A stretch of 15,217 nt of DNA from Candidatus Diapherotrites archaeon CG08_land_8_20_14_0_20_30_16 (GCA_002779075.1 PEXK01000054.1:1-15217), one strand, 5' to 3'. Positions 7,837 to 13,436 are shown, counted from the first letter of the stretch. The notes: generated from the sequence alone by a model not told the origin. Translations and numbers: made by a program.

Positions 7837-8289
7837 GTGTTTAGTAAAAAAGGACAAGGTACAACAGAATACCTTATTATTTTAGCAGTAATAATTGTAA
7901 TTGCTCTAGTTGTTGCTGGAGTAATGGGTTGGTTCCCAGGCATGAGCGCAGGAATTAACGAAACTCAAAGTAAAGCATACTGGGGTGCTACAAGCCCAAT
8001 CTCATTGTCTGATTGGAAATTAGCAAGCACAGGTGCAACATTTACTCTAAAAAATATGGGTGCTGACAAGTTAACAGTAACTGAAATCAATGTTAACAAT
8101 ATTGATTTAAATTTAACAGATGTTGTTTTAACTGCAGGAGCTACAAGTCCAACTGCAAATGCTGCTGGTTTTACATGTACCGCAGGACAAAGTTTTAGCT
8201 ACGATGTAGTTATTACTTATGATGTAGATGGTGGTTTGACTGGAAAGAAATTAACAGGCTCAAAACCAATAGTGGGTACTTGCCAATAA
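7837..8289 (+). CDS. Major pilin candidate (150 aa) with a class III signal peptide, Flp/Epd-like (MFSKKGQ|GTTEYLIILAVIIVIALVV)
   Basis: GTG start with a strong SD. The KGQ-x-T-x-EY motif is followed by a long hydrophobic helix. The mature part is T/G/A/S-rich, unlike the N/K/I-rich neighbours, with two Cys near the C-terminus (FTCTAG...VGTCQ). The gene has its own promoter-like region and a downstream hairpin plus T7. Confidence 0.85.
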   Translation: MFSKKGQGTTEYLIILAVIIVIALVVAGVMGWFPGMSAGINETQSKAYWGATSPISLSDWKLASTGATFTLKNMGADKLTVTEINVNNIDLNLTDVVLTAGATSPTANAAGFTCTAGQSFSYDVVITYDVDGGLTGKKLTGSKPIVGTCQ

Positions 8290-8309
8290 AACCGTTCAAT
8301 AAATAAGTT

Positions 8310-8339
8310 AGGGTTTTTAACCCTTTCTCTTCTTTTTTT
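8310..8339 (+). terminator. Terminator downstream of the pilin gene
   Basis: AGGGTT-TTT-AACCCT forms a 6-bp stem and is followed by TTCTCTTCTTTTTTT, which includes a run of 7 T. Oligo-T is the archaeal termination signal. Confidence 0.6.
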
Positions 8340-8440
8340 ATTTACACACTATACATATTATCTTTATGTGTTGCGAGGGTGCAATCAATCAATATAGTTT
8401 ATGCTTTGATTTTGTATATTGATTATGTGTTGTTGATTAT

Positions 8441-9139
8441 ATGGTAGATAAAATTATTAGGATTCCTTCAGGCATACCAGGCCTAGACGATTTGATAGAA
8501 GGCGGATTTGAAAAAGGAAGTTCTATTTTAGTTGTTGGAACACCAGGTGCTGGAAAAACAACATTCGGACTACAATATCTGTATTCTGGTGCAACAAAAT
8601 ACAAAGAGCCGGGAATATTTATTACATTCGATGAAAACAGAGACGAATTAATAAAACATCATAAAATATATGGTTGGAATTTTGAAGATCTGGAAAAGAA
8701 AAATTTATTTAAAATATTAGAATACAGACCACACCAGGTAAACAAATTGATGGAAGAAGGTGGAGGAATAATAAAAGATGCAATAAAAAGCATAGGCGCA
8801 AAGAGACTGGTTTTAGATTCAGTAACTGGTTATTCTATATTATTTAAAGATGAATATCAGAAAAGAGAAAGCATAGTAAATTTGTTTGAACTATTTAAAA
8901 AATGGGGTACAACTACTTTAGTAACAGCAGAGGATACAAGCTCAACAGGGTTTGGAGACGGGGGCGTATCTTATTTAACAGATGCAATTATACAGTTAAA
9001 ATTTGAGGCTATTGGAAAAAGTGCAGCAAAACAACATATCTTAGAGGTTGTAAAAATGCGTGGCACAAAGCATTCAACAAAGGTATGCTCTTATACCTTT
9101 GGAGATAAAGGCATCAAAGTCTTTAGTGATCTGATCTAA
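8441..9139 (+). CDS. Single-domain KaiC/RadA-superfamily ATPase (ArlH/FlaH-like)
   Basis: 232 aa. IPSGIPGLDDLIEGGFEKGSSILVVGTPGAGKTTFGLQYLYSGA gives the KaiC-type N-terminus and Walker A. RLVLDSVTG is the Walker B. The size and single RecA-like domain match stand-alone archaeal KaiC-like proteins. Confidence 0.85.
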   Translation: MVDKIIRIPSGIPGLDDLIEGGFEKGSSILVVGTPGAGKTTFGLQYLYSGATKYKEPGIFITFDENRDELIKHHKIYGWNFEDLEKKNLFKILEYRPHQVNKLMEEGGGIIKDAIKSIGAKRLVLDSVTGYSILFKDEYQKRESIVNLFELFKKWGTTTLVTAEDTSSTGFGDGGVSYLTDAIIQLKFEAIGKSAAKQHILEVVKMRGTKHSTKVCSYTFGDKGIKVFSDLI

Positions 9140-9149
9140 GGCCAATAGA

Positions 9150-9581
9150 TTACTTCTTTGCAATATTCCACAACAACTCGAAGAAGTTCTTGTTGCTTTT
9201 TGTTACTGCATTACTGTTTATTAAAAAGGCAATTGGCTGTTCACCCCAAACAATTGTAACTGTTCTGCTTCCTGAAATTAATATTGTTGATGGAAAATCA
9301 TATTGTTTTGGCAAAAACCGTAATTCAGCAAATTTTTGTTTTTCTTTCAATCTGTCTTTTCTAATCAATTCATTATAAATAATTCTCTTCTTAATTTTTG
9401 CTCGAATTCTATTGCTTTCCCAAATATTTCTAAATACAGGATAGGTTTCAGAAAACTTTCCCTGTGCACCATAAGATAATATTTCAGAACTATCTTTCAA
9501 CAATAATTCTAAAATATATTTTACTCCTTTCTTTCCTTTTTCTTTTATTTTGCCTTTAAAAATTACCCTGTGTAATAGCAA
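9150..9581 (-). CDS. Hypothetical protein; resembles only the C-terminal effector half of TrmB-like archaeal regulators and is possibly a 5'-truncated remnant
   Basis: 143-aa ORF with no ATG anywhere in frame; the listed start is TTG inside a hairpin. The segment ...ILSYGAQGKFSETYPVFRNIWESNRIRAKIKKRIIYNE...ELRFLPKQYDFPSTILISGSRTVTIVWGEQPIAFLINSNAVTKSNKNFFELLWNIAKK recalls the non-DNA-binding half of TrmB-like regulators. No HTH region is present. Confidence 0.4.
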   Translation of the reverse strand: MLLHRVIFKGKIKEKGKKGVKYILELLLKDSSEILSYGAQGKFSETYPVFRNIWESNRIRAKIKKRIIYNELIRKDRLKEKQKFAELRFLPKQYDFPSTILISGSRTVTIVWGEQPIAFLINSNAVTKSNKNFFELLWNIAKK

Positions 9582-9607
9582 ATTGACAAAAATACAGGGT
9601 AAGATTT

Positions 9608-9661
9608 ATGTTCCACAATTTCATCAAAAAGCTAGGCGTAACACACTACTTTGTGGAACAT
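9608..9661 (-). terminator. Long-stem hairpin immediately downstream of the LivH remnant
   Basis: ATGTTCCACAA (9608-9618) pairs perfectly with TTGTGGAACAT (9651-9661), giving an 11-bp stem and a 32-nt loop. A second inverted repeat, ACCCTGT/ACAGGGT (9565-9571/9594-9600), lies next to it. Confidence 0.3.
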
Positions 9662-9663
9662 GT

Positions 9664-10113
9664 TCATTCTCGTATCCCTTTTTTTATTCCAAATAAACCT
9701 TGTGGTCTAATCAACAATACAAGGAATAACAAAATAAATGCTATTGCATCTTTGTATGTGCTTAAGAAAAACCATGCGCCATAATTCTCGAAAAGACCAA
9801 CTAAATAACTTCCGAAAATTGAGCCATAAACACTTGTCAAACCACCAGTAACTGCTCCAATAAATCCCTTTATCATATAGAAAGTACCTAATGTAGGTGT
9901 TAAAACATATTCTAATGTAATTATTGTTCCTGCAATTGCACCTAATATTCCTGCAACTAAAAAAGAATATAACATTATTTTCTCAGCATTGATTCCATAA
10001 ATCTCAGCTAATTCTTGATTCTCAGCAACCGCCCTGAATGTTGTTCCTAACTTTGTTTTTTTCATTATTATCCAAATGCTTATCAAAATAACGACAGTAA
10101 CAATAATAATCAA
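9664..10113 (-). pseudogene. livH: Branched-chain amino-acid ABC transporter permease LivH-like, C-terminal fragment
   Basis: ...TKLGTTFRAVAENQELAEIYGINAEKIMLYSFLVAGILGAIAGTI...GFIGAVTGGLTSVYGSIFGSYLVGLFEN...YKDAIAFILLFLVLLIRPQGLFG matches the C-terminal half of LivH/BPD_transp_2 permeases. It is in the same frame as 10117..10530 and separated from it only by TAG (10117-10119) plus one codon. Confidence 0.8.
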
Positions 10114-10116
10114 TAT

Positions 10117-10530
10117 CTAGATAATAGTAATTTTTGCGCCAAAGAAATCCAGACCTTCTACTACTGGAAGATTAATTCTTCTCGGACTAGCAGTAAAAAT
10201 TATCTGCAATAAACTTTCTACTGCCAACATTACAGCAAATGAAATCAAAAGCAAAATAACTTTTGATGCCTTGACCAGTATTAATTTCTTATACAAAAAG
10301 GTATATGCTAAAAAATTAAATGCAACACTAAATATTACTGCTGCAATAAATGCGCCTAACCAACCCAAAGGATCAAAAAAAATCAAAAAAGCATATGCGC
10401 TTATTCCAATAGTTGCGCCATGCCCAAAATTAGCAAATCTAGTTACAACGTAAGTTAAAACGAAACCAACAGCAACTAAAGCATAAACACTACCAACAAT
10501 CAAAGCATTGATAAACACTTGAAATAACAT
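10117..10530 (-). pseudogene. livH: LivH-like permease, N-terminal fragment ending at an in-frame TAG
   Basis: MLFQVFINALIVGSVYALVAVGFVLTYVVTRFANFGHGATIGISAY... matches the canonical LivH N-terminus (NG-x-x-GS-x-YAL-x-A-x-G...NF(A/G)HG). Together the two fragments total about 288 aa, the normal LivH length. Confidence 0.8.
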
Positions 10531-10614
10531 ACTTTAGAAATAAAGCACAAAAGAATATAAACAATTAAGCTTTGGCTCTTATTTTTAAATCTAATCTTTC
10601 CCTATATATACTAT

Positions 10615-10640
10615 TAGAATATCCTGATAGAATATCCTGA
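10615..10640. repeat. Perfect tandem duplication of 13 bp (TAGAATATCCTGA x2)
   Basis: Read directly: ...ctat TAGAATATCCTGA TAGAATATCCTGA ttag... It lies in the spacer between the LivH start and tRNA-Arg, just downstream of a TATATATA box (10604-10611). Confidence 0.9.
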
Positions 10641-10660
10641 TTAGTTTTTGGCAGACCGTA

Positions 10661-10677
10661 CCTTTTTTCTAAAAAGG
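10661..10677. repeat. Palindrome CCTTTTT-TCT-AAAAAGG immediately upstream of tRNA-Arg
   Basis: 7-bp arms with a GC clamp plus T-run/A-run. It ends 4 nt before the tRNA 5' end. The same architecture precedes tRNA-Ser and, half visible, tRNA-Gly. Confidence 0.8.
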
Positions 10678-10681
10678 CGGG

Positions 10682-10755
10682 GGCCCCATAGCCTAGTTGG
10701 ATAAGGCGCCAGCCTTCTAAGCTGGAGATCCAGGGTTCGAGTCCCTGTAGGGTCA
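10682..10755 (+). tRNA. tRNA-Arg (anticodon TCT)
   Basis: Cloverleaf. Acceptor GGCCCCA/TAGGGTC has one G-U pair and one C-A mismatch. D arm is GCCT-AGTTGGATA-AGGC. Anticodon stem CCAGC/GCTGG carries loop CTTCTAA, placing TCT at 34-36. Variable loop is AGATC, T arm is CAGGG-TTCGAGT-CCCTG, discriminator is A. TTTTAATTTTTTT follows. No CCA is encoded. Confidence 0.85.
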
Positions 10756-11083
10756 TTTTAATTTTTTTCACTCGAATCAAAAAATTAAAAAGTTCCTAAG
10801 AAGCTCTTGCCATGTGTTAAAATGGCTTTGCTTTACAAAGAGCTTTTAACAATAAGTAAAAAACTTAAGACTCTACGTCTTCAGTTTTATACTCTTCGCA
10901 AGCCATTCTTAGGCTCATCCCTTTTTTCTTTAATTTATAACGTATTTCTTTTAAAATTGTAAAAAAGAGTTTCTTTACAAAGAAAATTTGTTTACGCTTT
11001 TGGCAAACACAGTGTCAAAAAGGCAAAATGACTTTTGACATGTTGTAAAAGATTTTGTTCAACAGAACACAATCTTCTACACT

Positions 11084-11102
11084 AGGCTTTTTTAAAAAGC
11101 CT
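11084..11102. repeat. Palindrome AGGCTTTTT-T-AAAAAGCCT immediately upstream of tRNA-Ser
   Basis: Perfect 9-bp arms around a single T. It ends 2 nt before the tRNA 5' end. Confidence 0.85.
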
Positions 11103-11104
11103 TG

Positions 11105-11186
11105 GCAGGGATGGCAGAGCGGTCTAATGCGCCAGTCTGGAAAGCTGGTCTCGAAAGAGGCGAGGGTTCGAACCCCTCTTTCTGCG
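11105..11186 (+). tRNA. tRNA-Ser (anticodon GGA), class II with a long variable arm
   Basis: Acceptor GCAGGGA/TTTCTGC has two G-U pairs. The D arm has a 3-bp stem (GCA/TGC). Anticodon stem CCAGT/GCTGG carries loop CTGGAAA, placing GGA at 34-36. The 13-nt variable arm is TCTCGAAAGAGGC. T arm is GAGGG-TTCGAAC-CCCTC and the discriminator is G. No CCA is encoded. Confidence 0.85.
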
Positions 11187-11257
11187 TTGTATTAATGCAT
11201 TTGAACAAAAAACAAATCTTTATTGCATATCCTAGCCAAGGTAATAGTGTTTGTCTT

Positions 11258-11893
11258 TTAAATATTAAAATCTTTGTGCCTTTTGCCTTGAAATTCTTGA
11301 AACATATCTAATCGCAACTTTGACATTTGACCTGTTTTTAAATTGTGAAAAACTATGCCTTCTGGTTTTTGTTTAATATCTCTTTTTCTCATTAATAAAC
11401 TAAAAATTCCGCCCTCATCAATAGGCTTGAAGAACCAATCTTTTAGGTTCTCAAATGATTTAGAATATTTGTGCCACGATTTGTAAACCAAACTATTCAT
11501 ACCATAAGTCATAAATGGAATCCAAAGATTGCTTTGTAGATTGTAAGGGTTGCCATTTATCTTTTCGCCAATTAATTCGCCAAAATGCTGGCCATCTTGC
11601 AAATCTAAAAAACCACGATCTTTGCTTTCCAATAACCCTTCAATTATATTTCTCGTACCCTTTCCAAACAATTCTATTTTATTTAATCTGTTATATATTC
11701 CTACAATCTTTTTATTTTCAATAACAATACTAACATCTGTGCCATCTAATTTTTCCATACATACTACTTCATCTTCTTTGCCTTCCAAAACCCACTCATA
11801 GCCGGGATTTATTTCTGAAGTTACAACATATTCGTTATTAATTTCTTTTCTCACAAATGGACTTTCTATTTTTGGAAAATCTTTAACTTGCAT
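11258..11893 (-). CDS. Minimal ATP-dependent RNA-ligase-like nucleotidyltransferase (KxDG superfamily, ~211 aa)
   Basis: Covalent nucleotidyltransferase motifs occur in order: I, MEKLDGT (lysine nucleophile); III, HFGELIGEKINGNPY; IV, PEGIVFH; V, SKLRLDMF. There is no extra C-terminal domain. The ORF listed from 11908 (MWWYYM) is trimmed to ATG 11893 (MQVKDFPKIESPF). Confidence 0.65.
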   Translation of the reverse strand: MQVKDFPKIESPFVRKEINNEYVVTSEINPGYEWVLEGKEDEVVCMEKLDGTDVSIVIENKKIVGIYNRLNKIELFGKGTRNIIEGLLESKDRGFLDLQDGQHFGELIGEKINGNPYNLQSNLWIPFMTYGMNSLVYKSWHKYSKSFENLKDWFFKPIDEGGIFSLLMRKRDIKQKPEGIVFHNLKTGQMSKLRLDMFQEFQGKRHKDFNI

Positions 11894-11938
11894 ATAATAC
11901 CACCACATATTTATTTTTGTTAACTATAACAAATAAAA

Positions 11939-12697
11939 TTATTTAAATACTGAAATTATTGTTTCATAAACTTCTTTGAATTCTGGAAGTTTAGTAAATA
12001 TTAATCCTTTCAAATCTGTTTTATACAACTCTTCTCTTGATTTTAATATCTTATTTAAATCTGTTTTATTAAAAATAGAGTTATATAATTCAAATTTCTT
12101 ATTTATTAAGGCATAATCTGGTACGATATTTTTATACTTTATTAGAAAATATAAATCATAAATATCTCTTGCCTTTTCTCTTGTTAACAAATCCCTTACT
12201 TTTTCAGCAAATACTTCATTTAAATCCATTCCTCGAATTATTTTTGATTCTAAATCATAATATGGGAAATAAATATCATATACATTTGGTTTTAAACTTA
12301 AATTTTCTCTTTTACTAATCTCAATCCACAAAAAACATCTTGAGCGATCATTATCATTAAATAAAGGACCCGCAATTCCTAATTTGAAAGATAATGTTAT
12401 AGGTGTATTAGTTATATCATTTATTCTTACATTTACGCCCCTTGATTTTAATATTGACAATAATTCAGTTGCTAATTTTTCATCTATAGGACCATTTGCA
12501 GCAAAATCTAAATCCTCAGAAAATCTATTAAGGTTGTGACAAAACCAAAGATAAGTTCCACCTTTAAATATAATATTATAGTTTCCTAATAATATTAAAA
12601 TTAAATTTTGTAAATAATGTCTTTCTTGTTGAGTTGGTTTTAAATTATTAATTTTTGCTAATTCTAATATCTTCTTTTTGCTTATCAATATAATCAC
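11939..12697 (-). CDS. AbiEii/AbiGii-family nucleotidyltransferase toxin (DUF1814; type IV toxin-antitoxin system)
   Basis: 252 aa. FKGGTYLWFCHNLNRFSEDLDFA is the hallmark AbiEii N-terminal NTase motif (KGGT...R-x-S-x-DLDF). It lies directly downstream of, and overlaps, an AbiEi-like gene. The listed start is GTG 12697, so the exact start is uncertain. Confidence 0.85.
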   Translation of the reverse strand: MIILISKKKILELAKINNLKPTQQERHYLQNLILILLGNYNIIFKGGTYLWFCHNLNRFSEDLDFAANGPIDEKLATELLSILKSRGVNVRINDITNTPITLSFKLGIAGPLFNDNDRSRCFLWIEISKRENLSLKPNVYDIYFPYYDLESKIIRGMDLNEVFAEKVRDLLTREKARDIYDLYFLIKYKNIVPDYALINKKFELYNSIFNKTDLNKILKSREELYKTDLKGLIFTKLPEFKEVYETIISVFK

Positions 12698-13265
12698 CTA
12701 CTTTCAAAACTCTTTTTGCCCTATAGCCCTTAATTGTTTTATATTTTTTAACATATTCTTTTAATTTTAAAATATTTAGTTTTGAAAGAATATCTTTCAA
12801 ATAGATCTCTGAAAAACCATAAAAATAAATTAAATCCAAGACTGCTTTTTCTGGTTCTGCTACAAAATAATATGTTCCCTCTGCGAATTCTTTTTCATAT
12901 CCAAAGAATAATTTGGGATTTATTTTATAATAATTATAACTAGTTTTTAATTTTACTTGCTTTGTACAAATAACATCTACTGTATTTGGTACTTGCAAAA
13001 TTATTTGAAAATAATGTAAAGCCGAATTCAAAGAAATATATGATGGTTCAATTAATTGGTTAGCAATAATATAATCATTATCTGTAAATGCAATATATCC
13101 AGAAACTACTTTATTCGCAATATTTCTTTTTGTTAATCTAGCCATATACGACCGTGTAGTGCCTTCTGATTTCCCTAACAACATAGATAATTCTTTTATA
13201 TTAAACACTCTTCTTTTTGTTTCTAAAGCGAGTTCTTTAATTTTAAATATATCCAGCTTATCCAT
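12648..13265 (-). CDS. AbiEi-like antitoxin/transcriptional regulator (N-terminal wHTH plus C-terminal domain)
   Basis: The N-terminal wHTH is FNIKELSMLLGKSEGTTRSYMARLTKRNIANKVVSGYIAF. Size (~205 aa) and position immediately upstream of AbiEii fit the family. The ORF listed from 13295 is trimmed to ATG 13265 (MDKLDIF...), because the extension would be encoded by an operator-like palindrome. Confidence 0.75.
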   Translation of the reverse strand: MDKLDIFKIKELALETKRRVFNIKELSMLLGKSEGTTRSYMARLTKRNIANKVVSGYIAFTDNDYIIANQLIEPSYISLNSALHYFQIILQVPNTVDVICTKQVKLKTSYNYYKINPKLFFGYEKEFAEGTYYFVAEPEKAVLDLIYFYGFSEIYLKDILSKLNILKLKEYVKKYKTIKGYRAKRVLKVGDYIDKQKEDIRISKN

Positions 13266-13276
13266 AAAATCCCTTT

Positions 13277-13294
13277 TGTGGCAATTTTGCCACA
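13277..13294. promoter_or_regulatory. Perfect palindrome TGTGGCAA-TT-TTGCCACA between a TATA-like box and the abiEi start; candidate autoregulatory operator
   Basis: 8-bp arms with a 2-bp spacer, 12 nt upstream of ATG 13265 and downstream of TATTTAAATA (13311-13320). A second palindrome, TAGGTAAC-AATTCT-GTTACCTA, lies at 13351-13372. Confidence 0.45.
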
Positions 13295-13400
13295 TATATG
13301 GTATTATGCCTATTTAAATACCTTTCTTTTTTATAACTCACAAATCCTCTTAGGTAACAATTCTGTTACCTACAAAAAATTATAAATAGTCCAAATGCAC

Positions 13401-13436
13401 TAAAAACAGGTCTTTGTTGATGCATTCCCAACCTGT
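13401..13436 (-). terminator. Hairpin plus T5 downstream of the Arch_ATPase/DUF234 gene
   Basis: On the minus strand, ACAGGT-(19 nt)-ACCTGT is followed by TTTTT (complement of AAAAA 13401-13405). It lies about 75 nt after the stop at 13513. Confidence 0.4.

Noticed and set aside
353-9139. Archaellum (motility) operon
   Set aside because: There are no archaellin-like genes with the ArlA/B N-terminus and no ArlF/G/C/D/E/X-like genes. The platform is split TadB/C-style and the pilins carry Q+1 Epd/Flp-like signals. A KaiC-like gene alone is not enough to call an archaellum.
10117-10119. TAG in LivH as programmed recoding (pyrrolysine or readthrough)
   Set aside because: TAG is the terminator of at least three well-supported genes in this same window (stops at 353-355, 2046-2048, 7777-7779). 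No Pyl genes or suppressor tRNA are visible, and the permease is an orphan without its ABC partners. A pseudogene or a sequencing error is the more economical explanation.
10822-10962. 46-aa plus-strand ORF (MALLYKELLTISKKLKTLRLQFYTLRKPFLGSSLFSLIYNVFLLKL) in the tRNA spacer
   Set aside because: It has no SD-like sequence upstream and a low-complexity leucine/lysine-rich composition of the kind AT-rich DNA readily yields. It overlaps predicted hairpins and has no recognisable motif.
10661-11102. The T-run/A-run palindromes upstream of tRNAs as the tRNA TATA boxes
   Set aside because: Their centres lie only ~12-15 nt from the mature tRNA 5' ends. A TATA box about 26 nt from the start site would put initiation inside the tRNA body. 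I keep them as an unexplained conserved element instead.
10565-11311. ORFs 10565..10780(-) and 11102..11311(+)
   Set aside because: Both run straight through tRNA genes (tRNA-Arg and tRNA-Ser respectively). Their GC-rich cores are simply the translated tRNA sequence.
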